Origin: an uncultured Gammaproteobacteria bacterium
Lineage (GTDB): Bacteria > Cyanobacteriota > Vampirovibrionia > LMEP-6097
Length of the DNA stretch: 53,257 nt
NCBI GenBank assembly: GCA_964410425.1
Contig: CAYPGT010000002.1
Coordinates: forward strand, 1 to 53,257
Direction of reading: 5' to 3'
Part shown: positions 1-9,679 of the stretch, in pieces
How the letters are laid out: every line of letters begins with the position of its first letter
Position numbering within the stretch: position 1 is the first letter of the stretch
Program-made: the position numbers and the translations under genes
The notes under the pieces: generated by a model
Seen by the model: the letters and a program-made list of their open reading frames with translations, nothing else
Database searches by the model: none
What the model was told of the DNA's origin: nothing

Positions 1-338
1 TAGAAATACCCTTCCTTCTTCTTCTGCTCCATGGATAAGCCCTTAGAACTAATAGCACATTGCAAAAAATACTTTTGAAAATATTCGATAGGGGTTCCGT
101 AAAGTTCACCACCATAGTAAGTGTCACAAAAAGTTTCTTTCAATCTGCCTATTTCTTTCTTACGATAAAGCGGCCAGCGCGAATCATTAAGAGTGTCATT
201 AAACAGATCTACCGCTCTAAAAAACGCGTTTTGGGCATGATCTTCTTTCCCACGTTTTTTCCAACTACTATAACGCTCCACTTCGCTGCCAATATTACCG
301 AGCTGTTCGAGCAAAGACATAGTATTAAAACTGCTCAT
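1..338 (-). CDS. small hypothetical protein (~112 aa), stop codon cut by the window edge; last 11 residues copy the CysD C-terminus
   Basis: Hand translation of the minus strand from ATG at 338-336 is open down to position 3 (MSSFNTMSLLEQLGNIGSEVERYSSWKKRG...[18 protein letters not shown]). Bases 2-1 are the first two bases of a probable TAA/TAG. ATGA overlap with the stop of ORF 335-682. Missing from the ORF track because the stop is incomplete. Confidence 0.55.
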   Translation of the reverse strand, partial: MSSFNTMSLLEQLGNIGSEVERYSSWKKRGKEDHAQNAFFRAVDLFNDTLNDSRWPLYRKKEIGRLKETFCDTYYGGELYGTPIEYFQKYFLQCAISSKGLSMEQKKKEGYF

Positions 339-682
339 TTAATTTTCCCCTCAACTATCTCAAGAATTTTTTTTCTAACATTCTCATCTTCCACATATCT
401 AGAACGGTTATTCTGATTCGGTCTGATGTTTACCATAGAATCATATTCAATCCAATTGGACCTATCTTCATCAGGATAAATATTGAAACCCCAGACATCA
501 TTTTGCTGAGAACCATCTGCTAATAAAGCCTGTTCTGCATCTACATGCAATTCCGGTCCAAACACAACAACCTCTCTAACTATATCAACAACACCCTTAA
601 CCATATCGTCAAAACCACCCCTCGCTAAATCCTTAATATCTTCAAGTGAAATATGATCTTTAACAATTTTAATCTCGAACAT
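335..682 (-). CDS. small conserved protein, DUF5674-like by recollection
   Basis: 115-aa ORF starting directly after the cysD stop and overlapping the next ORF by ATGA. Segments GGFDDMVKGVVDI, ELHVDAEQALL and IRPNQNNRSRYVEDE resemble a family I recall as DUF5674. Confidence 0.55.
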   Translation of the reverse strand: MFEIKIVKDHISLEDIKDLARGGFDDMVKGVVDIVREVVVFGPELHVDAEQALLADGSQQNDVWGFNIYPDEDRSNWIEYDSMVNIRPNQNNRSRYVEDENVRKKILEIVEGKIK

Positions 683-1609
683 TTAGAAATACCCTTCCTT
701 CTTCTTCTGTTCCATTGAAGAGTCTGAACCCAGGTCTATGACACGGTTTTCGCGTTCTGACTTACGTGCCAGCTTAGCTTCTTCGATAATGCCATCTATA
801 GTAGTGACATCAGATTCTACTGCACCAGTACATGGCATACAACCCAGTGAACGGAAGCGCGTCTTACGCATCAATACTTCTTCACCTTCTTTAGGACTAG
901 TAAACTCACTGGATCTATCTATTGGGATAATGATACCGTTACGAATTACCACTTCACGTTCTACAGCATAATAGATAGGCACTATTGGAATATTCTCAAT
1001 CTTGATATATTCCCAGATATCCACTTCAGTCCAATTAGATAGCGGAAACACTCTGATAGACTCACCTTCATTAATCTCTGAATTGTAGAGATTCCATAAT
1101 TCTGGGCGCTGATTCTTCGGATCCCACTGACCGAACTCATCTCTAATTGAATAGACTCTCTCCTTAGCGCGAGACTTCTCTTCCTCCCTGCGAGCACCAC
1201 CAAAAGCAGCATCAAACTTATATTTCTCAAGTCCACTTAAAAGCCCACCTGTCTTCAGTGCTGCACAACACTTATCAGTACCGTATTTGAAGGGATTCAT
1301 CTTAGTAGCGATAGCATCTTCATTACGATAGACAAGCAATTTACCACCAATACTTTTAATAAACCAATCACGGAATTCATACATCTCTGGAAACTTATAA
1401 CCCGTATCCACATGCAAGAAAGGAAACGGTACAGGCGCTGGATAAAAAGCCTTACGTGCTAAGTGCACCATTACACTTGAATCCTTGCCCACTGAATAAA
1501 GCATCACTGGATTCTTAAACTCAGCAGCTACTTCACGAATAATATGAATAGATTCTGCTTCTAATTGTTTTAGGTGATTTAATTTGGTTTCTTGTTTCAC
1601 AGCAGTCAT
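683..1609 (-). CDS. cysD: sulfate adenylyltransferase subunit 2
   Basis: 308 aa. N-terminal [23 protein letters not shown]-reductase-type YSVGKDSSV motif, and the typical CysD C-terminus [11 protein letters not shown] (E. coli CysD ends similarly). Confidence 0.93.
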   Translation of the reverse strand: MTAVKQETKLNHLKQLEAESIHIIREVAAEFKNPVMLYSVGKDSSVMVHLARKAFYPAPVPFPFLHVDTGYKFPEMYEFRDWFIKSIGGKLLVYRNEDAIATKMNPFKYGTDKCCAALKTGGLLSGLEKYKFDAAFGGARREEEKSRAKERVYSIRDEFGQWDPKNQRPELWNLYNSEINEGESIRVFPLSNWTEVDIWEYIKIENIPIVPIYYAVEREVVIRNGIIIPIDRSSEFTSPKEGEEVLMRKTRFRSLGCMPCTGAVESDVTTIDGIIEEAKLARKSERENRVIDLGSDSSMEQKKKEGYF

Positions 1610-1624
1610 TTGAGTTAGCCCTAT

Positions 1625-1969
1625 TTATAGATCAGATCTCGGAAAAATCTTAACATTTATCTCAGCTCCTACTTCAAAACCATCAAAAATCTTATACATG
1701 TCCTGTATTAACTTATCTATATCTAGGTTATCCCTATTATTTATATCAGCTACAAGGTTCTTTTGGGCTCTAAGCCACACCTTAGTCGCACCCACTAGCC
1801 TCTTCTCCTGCAATAGATGCAAAGCTGCAGCACACTGAATTATACCTTGTATAAGTTTCTTATAATCATCCTCATGCAGCTGGTTCCAATACTTTTCTAG
1901 CAGCTCATGAGCTTCATAATATTGAGATTGATTAAAAAGCTCTATAACTTGCTCCACTAAACTCTGCAT
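1625..1969 (-). CDS. DUF309 domain protein
   Basis: 114 aa with LFNQSQYYEAHELLEKYW, the characteristic DUF309 opening motif. Confidence 0.7.
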   Translation of the reverse strand: MQSLVEQVIELFNQSQYYEAHELLEKYWNQLHEDDYKKLIQGIIQCAAALHLLQEKRLVGATKVWLRAQKNLVADINNRDNLDIDKLIQDMYKIFDGFEVGAEINVKIFPRSDL

Positions 1970-1987
1970 ATGCCAGAATTATAGCCA

Positions 1988-2347
1988 ATGGAGACTCAGA
2001 AAGGCTTTATCATCTACGACTCAGACTGTGGTTTCTGCGAAAATAGCATAGCCAGATTAAGAAGCATCGTTGGTGAACAGATTAATTATGTACCAAGACA
2101 TGATGTTGCAGATGGCAACTACGGTATCTCTCTAGAACAGTCTAATGGTGCAATTCAATTCGTTGAAACTAATAATCAAGTATATTCTGGAGCCCAGGCT
2201 ATTTTTAAAGCCTTAAGTTACAAACAAGGCTGGGGGATTTGGTTATGGTTCTATAAATATTTACCTGGTTTCAAACTAATATCCGAAGCGGTCTATAAAG
2301 TAATCGCCAAGTATAGGTCTCAAATTAGTAGCTCTTGTAAAATATAA
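1988..2347 (+). CDS. DCC-family thiol-disulfide oxidoreductase (DUF393)
   Basis: 119 aa with IIYDSDCGFCENS (D-x-C-x2-C) near the N-terminus, typical of the DCC1/DUF393 family. Confidence 0.7.
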   Translation: METQKGFIIYDSDCGFCENSIARLRSIVGEQINYVPRHDVADGNYGISLEQSNGAIQFVETNNQVYSGAQAIFKALSYKQGWGIWLWFYKYLPGFKLISEAVYKVIAKYRSQISSSCKI

Positions 2348-2349
2348 TC

Positions 2350-2976
2350 ATGTATAGTAAGTCGTCATCAGAATTAAGCCACAGCGAAAAATATTTCTTA
2401 CTGATAGGTGGTATTAATCCGCGCCCCATTGCTTTTGTTTCAACGGTTTCTAAGAATGGAATTTACAATCTTGCTCCGTTTTCTTTCTTTAATGCTGTGA
2501 GTGCTGAACCTCCGATAGTAGTGTTTGGACCATCTTGTACTGATAATCCAGAACACCCATACAAAGACACCTATGTTAATTTAATTGATACTCAAGAATG
2601 TGTTATTCAAATGGTAACTTATGATATGCGAGAAGCTATGGTCAAATGTGCTGCCAATCTAACTCCTGAAATAGATGAGTTTAAGATCTCTGGATTTACT
2701 CCCATAGCCTCAGATATGGTCAAAGCTCCGCGTGTTAAAGAATCACCGTTTCAAATGGAATGCAAGCTACTGGAGATGAAAAACTTCGGTAAGTTTCCAG
2801 GAGGCGGCAATATGGCTATTTGTGAAATACTAAAGTTTCATATTGACGAGAAGATTTTTAAGGAAGGGACTAACAGAATAGACCCCCTTATTACTGATTT
2901 CATAGCGCGTAATGGTGGTAACTACTATACCAGAGCTAATGCTGCTGCTATGTTCGAGATGAAGGGACAGTCGTAG
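2350..2976 (+). CDS. flavin reductase-like (FMN-binding split-barrel) protein
   Basis: 208 aa. INPRPIAFVSTVSKNGIYNLAPFSFFNAVSAEPP matches the conserved N-terminal region of flavin reductase family proteins. Confidence 0.8.
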   Translation: MYSKSSSELSHSEKYFLLIGGINPRPIAFVSTVSKNGIYNLAPFSFFNAVSAEPPIVVFGPSCTDNPEHPYKDTYVNLIDTQECVIQMVTYDMREAMVKCAANLTPEIDEFKISGFTPIASDMVKAPRVKESPFQMECKLLEMKNFGKFPGGGNMAICEILKFHIDEKIFKEGTNRIDPLITDFIARNGGNYYTRANAAAMFEMKGQS

Positions 2977-3733
2977 TTACATTCACTTCAATTCCGTTTG
3001 GTAACTTACTTAGACTTAACCCATCATCACTAATCTTTATATTAAACAATCCAGGATTGGCTTCTATAAGTTGAAAGGAATCAGCATCGACTAGCTTAGC
3101 CAAAAGATCAGAACTAATTATCAGCTTATCGCTATCTGTAATTTTAGACTGTAAATCATCGATATTAATCTTCGTAGTAACCTGATCATCAATCACCAAG
3201 GATGATGCATAAGTTTTATCCACATCATTAACCTTAATGGGCAAATAATCAGAATGCACCAAAGTGGCACTATAAGAGTCACTATAATTCTTAGAACCCT
3301 GATTATTATAAGGATGCAAACCAAACTCTATGGTGTTTTTTAGTGCACTATTAGTATTGAGATCCAGCTTAGATAAATAATCTTGAATAATAGCGACACG
3401 TTCTGCATTGAGACTGGCATCCACCCGTCCACTGTTAGGATCGTAAGACTTGATGCTTTGTAATAATGAGTCCTTGAGAGCAGCAAGGAAGCTATTAGTC
3501 TCATAAACTACCCTGTTAGTAGAAGCCAGCACCATGGTATCCCAAAGGCTTAGAGACTTACTCTGTTGATGAAAATTCTTGAAACTATTAAAAGTGTTGA
3601 ATAAAAATAAGCTGAAGCTAATGGCAATTATTACGGCAAACGCTGTAAATGGAATCATATGGGTGATTTTAGCAAGTGAAGATTCGAAGAAAAGTATATT
3701 GACATCAGGCGAGAACTCAGGAAATAGCTTCAT
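2948..3733 (-). CDS. hypothetical membrane-anchored protein
   Basis: 261-aa ORF with one N-terminal hydrophobic segment (IPFTAFAVIIAISFSLFLF). No recognisable motif. The true start may be the internal Met just before that segment. The 3' end overlaps the convergent flavin reductase gene by 29 nt. Confidence 0.45.
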   Translation of the reverse strand: MKLFPEFSPDVNILFFESSLAKITHMIPFTAFAVIIAISFSLFLFNTFNSFKNFHQQSKSLSLWDTMVLASTNRVVYETNSFLAALKDSLLQSIKSYDPNSGRVDASLNAERVAIIQDYLSKLDLNTNSALKNTIEFGLHPYNNQGSKNYSDSYSATLVHSDYLPIKVNDVDKTYASSLVIDDQVTTKINIDDLQSKITDSDKLIISSDLLAKLVDADSFQLIEANPGLFNIKISDDGLSLSKLPNGIEVNVTTTVPSSRT

Positions 3734-3763
3734 ATTTTCGTATATGGTAGTTAATTATAGGTA

Positions 3764-3772
3764 TGATATAAT
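3764..3772 (+). promoter_or_regulatory. possible extended -10 promoter element (TGATATAAT) for the antitoxin-toxin pair
   Basis: TGATATAAT lies 34 nt upstream of the ATG at 3806. It is flanked by a 7-nt inverted repeat: ggtagtt at 3746-3752 and aactacc at 3797-3803. Confidence 0.3.
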
Positions 3773-3805
3773 GCTTTCATAAGGATAAAAGGGTATAAAA
3801 CTACC

Positions 3806-4108
3806 ATGAATCAAGATTCCAAGATACAGATCCCTCTTAATAGTAAACTTAAGGCAGCGCTACGTAAGAAATCCGAGGCTTATGGTTTCTCATCAGTAAA
3901 TGAAGTGCTGAGACTCTTAATCCAAAATTTTGTAACGGGAAATATAGTTATTCAGTTTATTCAACCTAATCAAAATCAGCAAATCCCCTATCTTGACTTC
4001 CAGACCGAACAAAGAATGACCAAGAATCTTAAAGAGATCAGTGATGGCGATTATGACATCGTAGATTTTGAAAAAAATCCCAATGCACTTAAAGACCTCC
4101 TAAAGTAG
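3806..4108 (+). CDS. putative antitoxin (ribbon-helix-helix-like N-terminus)
   Basis: 100-aa ORF 21 nt upstream of a RelE/YafQ-like toxin ORF. KLKAALRKKSEAYGFSSVNEVLRLLIQNF resembles RHH/DinJ-type antitoxin N-termini. Confidence 0.5.
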   Translation: MNQDSKIQIPLNSKLKAALRKKSEAYGFSSVNEVLRLLIQNFVTGNIVIQFIQPNQNQQIPYLDFQTEQRMTKNLKEISDGDYDIVDFEKNPNALKDLLK

Positions 4109-4129
4109 AGTGTTCACGAAATCAATCTA

Positions 4130-4417
4130 ATGTATAAAATCAAGCAATCCAAGTCGTTTACTAAATCGCTGAGAAAGCTCGTTAAGTTACATCGTATAAA
4201 TTCTGATCAAATTAACTATATTTTCTTTTTATTAGCGAAAGATCCTTTCGCTGCATCGCTCAAAACTCATAAAGTAAACAGCAAGAACCATGGGATGCAA
4301 TACAGCTCAAGGGTTGACGGAGACCTAAGGTTAATTTGGAATTTTGATAGCGAGAACAATCTTGTGATTATTATTGCTGATATTGGTGGTCACTCCGGTT
4401 TCAACAAGGTATACTAA
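4130..4417 (+). CDS. RelE/YafQ-family type II toxin (mRNA interferase-like)
   Basis: 95 aa. KSFTKSLRKL, HKV....G...SRVDGDLRLIW and the C-terminal IGGHS segment fit the RelE/YafQ pattern. Gene pair has small-antitoxin-then-toxin order. Confidence 0.6.
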   Translation: MYKIKQSKSFTKSLRKLVKLHRINSDQINYIFFLLAKDPFAASLKTHKVNSKNHGMQYSSRVDGDLRLIWNFDSENNLVIIIADIGGHSGFNKVY

Positions 4418-5634
4418 CGCTTATAATAATTCAAAACCTTAGCTAGAGCCTCAATTACATCACTAGCATCTTCTGCGCTCATGCCTTGAGAGATAGGAAT
4501 ACTAAGGATCTCATCAGCGAGCCTAGTGGCATTAGGTAATTTAGATATATCAGTATCCAAAGTTTCCTTATAAAATTTATGCAAGTGTAATGGCTTGTAG
4601 TGCACACCACAACCGATACCTTCAGCCTGAAGAGCATTAAGTATATGGTCTCTATCTACTTTCAACTTATCTAACTCAAGACGAATGATATATAGATGCC
4701 TTGCATGTATTGAGTTAGTCCAGGTTGGATCAAGCTCAGCAGGCGGCTTAGCTGGTAATCCTCTAGACAGTATTTCATTAGTATAGAATGACCAAGTTTG
4801 CTCGCGCACTCGGAGATAATCATAAATCTCATCTAAGTGTGCCAATCCAAGTGCCGCCTGAATATCAGTCATGTTGTACTTGAAGCCAAGTCTTATCGCT
4901 TCGTAATGCTTGAAACCCGCTTCAGAGAAGCGCTTCCAGGCATCCGAGCTTAGACCATGTAATGAACTCTCGTTAATTTGATCAGTAAGTTTATCATCAT
5001 TCCAAACAATCAATCCACCTTCGCCAGTAGTAAGATTCTTAGTAGCATAAAAACTATAACAACCGATATCACCAATAGATCCAGTAACCTGACCCTTATA
5101 TTTACCTTCTATAGAATGTGCAGAGTCCTCTATAATATGGAGTTTATGCTTCTTAGCAAGTGCCAAGATAGCATCCATATCCACAGGATGTCCAGCTAAA
5201 TGGACAGGAATTATAGCCTTGGTTTTAGGAGTGATAGCAGCTTCAACAGCCTTGATATCAAGATTAAAAGTATTATAATCTACATCTACTAGCACTGGTG
5301 TCGCTCTCTCAAATAAAACACTGTTAGCAGTAGCACAAAAGGTGTAGCTAGGCACTATCACCTCATCATCAACACCAATATCTAAGCCCCTTACAGCTAA
5401 GTGCAAAGCTGCGGTACAAGAATTAACAGCTTTAGCATGCTCAGTGCCAATATGCTTCCTGAGATGCTCTTCAAATTCTTTAACCTTAGGTCCAGCTCCT
5501 ATCCAACCAGAATGCAAGGAATCAATAACTCCAGCAATCGCCTTGTCATCTACCTTAGGCTTAGCAAAGACCAAAAATCGCTCTCTTACTTTAGAGCCGC
5601 CTTCGATCGCTGGTAATTTCGTTTTAGTTGACAT
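4414..5634 (-). CDS. DegT/DnrJ/EryC1/StrS-family PLP-dependent sugar aminotransferase
   Basis: 406 aa. Family-typical GAGPKVKEFE, SCTAALHLA, and FYATKNLTTGEGG with the PLP lysine. Confidence 0.9.
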   Translation of the reverse strand: MSTKTKLPAIEGGSKVRERFLVFAKPKVDDKAIAGVIDSLHSGWIGAGPKVKEFEEHLRKHIGTEHAKAVNSCTAALHLAVRGLDIGVDDEVIVPSYTFCATANSVLFERATPVLVDVDYNTFNLDIKAVEAAITPKTKAIIPVHLAGHPVDMDAILALAKKHKLHIIEDSAHSIEGKYKGQVTGSIGDIGCYSFYATKNLTTGEGGLIVWNDDKLTDQINESSLHGLSSDAWKRFSEAGFKHYEAIRLGFKYNMTDIQAALGLAHLDEIYDYLRVREQTWSFYTNEILSRGLPAKPPAELDPTWTNSIHARHLYIIRLELDKLKVDRDHILNALQAEGIGCGVHYKPLHLHKFYKETLDTDISKLPNATRLADEILSIPISQGMSAEDASDVIEALAKVLNYYKR

Positions 5635-5635
5635 C

Positions 5636-6619
5636 TCAGATTAATGCAGGCTTGACCTTGAGCCAATTAGTATTGGTTTTATACCATTCTATAGTCTTAG
5701 CCAGTCCAGCCTCAAAGCTCTCCTCAAGCTTAAAACCGAGAGCCTTAATTTTAGAACCGTCCATTGAATAGCGTAAATCATGACCCTTACGATCTTCTAC
5801 AAACTTAATCAATGATTCATCTTTACCCAGAACCTTAAGGATAGTTCGTGCTAGATCAATATTCTGCACTTCTTCATGACCCGGAATATTATAGATCTCA
5901 CCAATCTGTCCTTTATTACGCACCAAGTCCACAGCACGACAATTATCCTCTACATAGATCCAATCTCTGACGTTGTTTCCGGTACCATAAACTGGAATAG
6001 CTTGATCATTGAGAGCATTACTTATAACTACGGGGATAAATTTCTCAGGGTATTGATACGGTCCAAAATTATTACTAGAACGAGTGATAAGACAAGGCAG
6101 CTTAAAAGTTCTGTTATAAGATCTTACAAGGCAATCAGCAGCAGCCTTAGAAGCAGAATAAGGATTATTAGGCTGTATCGGAGCTGTCTCTTGAGTAGAA
6201 GGCGAATTGAAATCTAAGGATCCATAAACTTCATCAGTACTGATATGCAGGAATAACTCTGGTTCATATTTAAGAGCCACATCAAGCAAGCGCTGAGTAC
6301 CAACTACATTATTAATAGTAAAAGCTTCTGGATTGACGATGGAGTTATCCACGTGCGAATTAGCAGCAAAATTAATCACTTGATCAAATTTATTCTCCAC
6401 AAATAATTTATCCAATAAGTCCTTATCTAAAATAGAACCATGAACGAAACGATATCTATCTGAATCTTTATCCTTGTGATTATTCTTAGATATCTCAAAA
6501 TCTAAATTATCGATATTAACGATCTCAGTATTAGGATAAGACTTATAAATAAGATTGAGAAAATTGGTTCCGATGAAACCATTACAACCCGTTAAAAGTA
6601 TTTTTTTCGCCTGGCGCAC
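5636..6619 (-). CDS. rfbB: dTDP-glucose 4,6-dehydratase
   Basis: 327 aa. Rossmann motif ILLTGCNGFIGTNF, catalytic YSASKAAAD, HISTDEVYG. Starts 1 nt after the DegT start region, so same operon. Confidence 0.88.
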   Translation of the reverse strand: MRQAKKILLTGCNGFIGTNFLNLIYKSYPNTEIVNIDNLDFEISKNNHKDKDSDRYRFVHGSILDKDLLDKLFVENKFDQVINFAANSHVDNSIVNPEAFTINNVVGTQRLLDVALKYEPELFLHISTDEVYGSLDFNSPSTQETAPIQPNNPYSASKAAADCLVRSYNRTFKLPCLITRSSNNFGPYQYPEKFIPVVISNALNDQAIPVYGTGNNVRDWIYVEDNCRAVDLVRNKGQIGEIYNIPGHEEVQNIDLARTILKVLGKDESLIKFVEDRKGHDLRYSMDGSKIKALGFKLEESFEAGLAKTIEWYKTNTNWLKVKPALI

Positions 6620-6672
6620 AATACAAGGATAACATAAATAATATCTTTCATTAAAAAATCTCTCAACAAAGA

Positions 6673-6692
6673 CAGTTGCAAATTGGCAAAAC
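6673..6692. repeat. solo copy of the 20-nt terminal repeat of the 15732-15862 element
   Basis: cagttgcaaattggcaaaac matches cagttacaaattgccaaaac (15843-15862) at 18 of 20 positions. It is followed by agatttaga and accacaac, words also present at 15902-15927. Confidence 0.5.
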
Positions 6693-6729
6693 TAGATTTA
6701 GAACCACAACAAAAAAAAGAAAATTACGT

Positions 6730-8649
6730 TTAATACGTTGGCTTATATTCGTCTATCCACAACTGTAAGCTTAATAAAGCCCAAAGTAATTTACGGTTAT
6801 TAGTTTTATGATCTAGATGTTCATCTATAAGTTTTTTAATGCCCTGATAATCAAAAATACCTTGAGACTCAAGTCTATCCTTAGACAATAAATCCAACAT
6901 TGGCTCTTTAAGGTCTTCTCTCAGCCATTGGGTAATAGGAATACCAAAGCCTTTCTTCGGTCTATATATAACTTCATCAGGAATATATTTCTCAGCAACT
7001 TTTTTAAGTATATATTTAGTCTGTAAAGTTTTCAGTTTAAACCTATCAGGCAACATTGAAACATATTCAACTAAGCGATGATCTAGAAACGGCGAGCGTA
7101 TCTCTAGAGAGTTCTGCATACTAGCACGATCAGACTTAACCAAAATATCATCCATTAAATAAAGTTTTTGACTTAGATAAAGCAAGCGATCTGTTTCATT
7201 ATGAATATTAGTTCTAGATAGATATCTATTGAGATCAGAATAAGTGAGCTGTCCAAGAATTTTATTCTGATAATTTTCACTCAATATGCCCTTCTTCTCT
7301 TGGTCTAGGAAGCCTCCCATCCATCTAAAGAAGCGGATCTCACTAGCTACACCAGCCCCTCTAAAGAACTGCTTAAGCTTAAAATCTAAAGCAATATTTT
7401 TATTAGAGATCGGTATCAATGAGCCTTGAGCTTTACTAAACAGAGTAGTTAACCTTGAACGCAGCTCATAAGGGATGATGTTATAAATTTGCACCAGTTT
7501 GTTAGCGCTATAGGTAGGATAGCCAGCAAACATTTCATCTGCACCATCACCGCCCATAACTGTTTTAACGTTCTTAGCTGTCATCTGCGATAAGAAATAA
7601 GTAGGCACTATAGAAGCATCTGCCATAGGCTCATCCATAATACGCCCCAGCTGACCAAACACTGAAAGCATATCCTTAGAACTAACGGTCTGTGAATAAT
7701 GCTCTAAGTCATACTTAGAAACTATCTTCTTGATATAACTCGATTCATCATAACTAGCCTCATCGAAATAAATAGAGAAGCTCTTAATTCTTTCGCTACC
7801 AGTTTTCACCTTCGAAGCAATCGCAGTCACCAAGCTAGAATCAATACCACCACTGAGTAGCACTCCCACTGGTACATCAGCTTGCATGCGTATTTTAATA
7901 GAATCACTAAGTAAAGAATCTATCTGCTCTATCGCTTCCTTCTCGGTGTGAACAGTACCTTCTTGAAAACCATAACTAGGATGCTGCCAGTAAAAGCTCT
8001 TCTTCATTTCATGCTCAGTGATTACAGCTATCTCACCAGCTTCTAATTTCCACACTTGATCAAGAATCGTGTATGGAGTCGGCACATACTCATAAGTAAG
8101 ATATTTATTAAGACCTTCACTGGATAACTCACGTGAACAATGGGGATGCTTCACTAAGGCCTTCATCTCAGAAGCAAAGAAGACATCATTACCCTTGCGC
8201 TGATAAAAGAGCGGCTTCTCGCCCATGCGATCTCTAGCAAGCACTAATCTCTCTTCATCGATGTCCCAGAGAGCAAAAGCAAACATACCATTAAGTTGCT
8301 TCACGAAATCCAAGCCAAACTTCTTGTATAGACTGAGAATCACTTCTGTATCAGAATTAGTCTTAAAAGGAAAACCATTCTTCTCTAATGAAGCTCTAAG
8401 TTCTTTATAGTTATAGATTTCACCATTAAAAACTATTACTTGTTTTCTATCAAAAGAAAACATAGGCTGATGCCCAGTCTCCAAACCAACAATACTAAGT
8501 CTTCTAAAACCAAGATTAATCTTGTCCTGTATCTCAATGCCACTATCATCTGGTCCTCGATGCACAATGCTCTGGCACATGGCAGTAAGGACTGATGACT
8601 TATCAAAGCCCAGATCCTTAAAACTTGTAAACCCGACTATTCCGCACAT
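6730..8649 (-). CDS. asparagine synthase (glutamine-hydrolysing)-family amidotransferase
   Basis: 639 aa starting MCGIVGF (Ntn Cys). SGGIDSS PP-loop motif present. Sits in a glycan locus, so it may amidate a sugar rather than make Asn. Confidence 0.9.
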   Translation of the reverse strand: MCGIVGFTSFKDLGFDKSSVLTAMCQSIVHRGPDDSGIEIQDKINLGFRRLSIVGLETGHQPMFSFDRKQVIVFNGEIYNYKELRASLEKNGFPFKTNSDTEVILSLYKKFGLDFVKQLNGMFAFALWDIDEERLVLARDRMGEKPLFYQRKGNDVFFASEMKALVKHPHCSRELSSEGLNKYLTYEYVPTPYTILDQVWKLEAGEIAVITEHEMKKSFYWQHPSYGFQEGTVHTEKEAIEQIDSLLSDSIKIRMQADVPVGVLLSGGIDSSLVTAIASKVKTGSERIKSFSIYFDEASYDESSYIKKIVSKYDLEHYSQTVSSKDMLSVFGQLGRIMDEPMADASIVPTYFLSQMTAKNVKTVMGGDGADEMFAGYPTYSANKLVQIYNIIPYELRSRLTTLFSKAQGSLIPISNKNIALDFKLKQFFRGAGVASEIRFFRWMGGFLDQEKKGILSENYQNKILGQLTYSDLNRYLSRTNIHNETDRLLYLSQKLYLMDDILVKSDRASMQNSLEIRSPFLDHRLVEYVSMLPDRFKLKTLQTKYILKKVAEKYIPDEVIYRPKKGFGIPITQWLREDLKEPMLDLLSKDRLESQGIFDYQGIKKLIDEHLDHKTNNRKLLWALLSLQLWIDEYKPTY

Positions 8650-9512
8650 TATTTATTCTTCCTAAACAGGAATTCATTATTCAGCAAACCATTATTACTA
8701 GTAAGATTTTCTAATTGCAAACCATATTGCTTACAAAAGTTAAAAATCTCAGCAGAACTCGCATATTCATATGGATAGCCACCCAACCAATCGACGATAT
8801 CAGTCTTCCAATCCATACCTCTAAAACCAATATGTTCTTTTATTTTTTTAACTGGATTGGTGAAAGTTATCAGATAGAAAAATATCAGTATAGACATAGC
8901 GATATAGTCAATAATCGCTTGGATAAACCTAGGCATTTGTGAGTAGATTTTTTTCTCTAAATACCACATGTAAGAATTACCAAACCTAAAATCAGGATAG
9001 ATGTTAAAACCATCAGAGTTATTGTAGATAGCAATGTACATCTGTCCCTGATCCTTGACTAACTTAGTAGTGTTTTCAATAGCTCGCCACATATTGCCTG
9101 TGTGGTGCAATACACCCCAAGAATAAACAAAATCAAAACTACCTAAACTTTCTACAAACCTATTATCGAGGATTGAACCGTGTATGATTTGCCAGTTATC
9201 AGGCTCTCCCATTAGGTGATAGAGCTTCTTGCAACAAGCAACAGAATTCTCATCAATATCAATACTCAGAACTGATTTAGCTCCTAACTTATAAGCAGCC
9301 AGAGAGAAGAGACCACTACCACAGCCGATATCGACAAAGGTCTTGCCCTTCAAAGCATCTTTGCCACAAAAATCTTCAAATGACGCAATAGCCTTATTTA
9401 AGACTTTTTCGTCAAAGCAGTTTTCTAAATATTGAGACCAGTTTTCACCGAAATGAAAGAAATTCTTCGGCTTTTCTGGGTTTGTTGTTTTTTGACTAAG
9501 ATCTAAATTCAT
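8649..9512 (-). CDS. class I SAM-dependent methyltransferase
   Basis: 287 aa with VDIGCGSGLFSLAA (motif I). 1-nt overlap with the AsnB-like gene. Confidence 0.8.
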   Translation of the reverse strand: MNLDLSQKTTNPEKPKNFFHFGENWSQYLENCFDEKVLNKAIASFEDFCGKDALKGKTFVDIGCGSGLFSLAAYKLGAKSVLSIDIDENSVACCKKLYHLMGEPDNWQIIHGSILDNRFVESLGSFDFVYSWGVLHHTGNMWRAIENTTKLVKDQGQMYIAIYNNSDGFNIYPDFRFGNSYMWYLEKKIYSQMPRFIQAIIDYIAMSILIFFYLITFTNPVKKIKEHIGFRGMDWKTDIVDWLGGYPYEYASSAEIFNFCKQYGLQLENLTSNNGLLNNEFLFRKNK

Positions 9513-9592
9513 TAAAGCGTATCCAGGTTCTATTATATTACCTAATTCCTCATAATTCTATACTCATTATTTCTAATCTTATTTTTTGTTCT

Positions 9593-9626
9593 GGTTCCGC
9601 GCAATCGCCGCGCAGCGGCGGAGCCC
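9593..9626. repeat. GC-rich hairpin-forming intergenic element, copy 1 (inverted relative to copies 2 and 3)
   Basis: ggttccgcgcaatcgccgcgcagcggcggagccc. Its reverse complement gggctccgccgctgcgcggcgattgcgcggaacc aligns with the elements at 17919 and 20242. Confidence 0.6.
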
Positions 9627-9679
9627 TAAAAAGATAAGTAAAGTAAAGAATTAAGGGGATTGGGTTATATTATAGATTT

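Noticed and set aside
60-416. 118-aa plus-strand ORF from the track
   Set aside because: It is antisense to two tightly coupled minus-strand ORFs (1-338 and 335-682). Its low-complexity, Phe/Ile/Lys-rich translation looks like an AT-rich antisense artefact.
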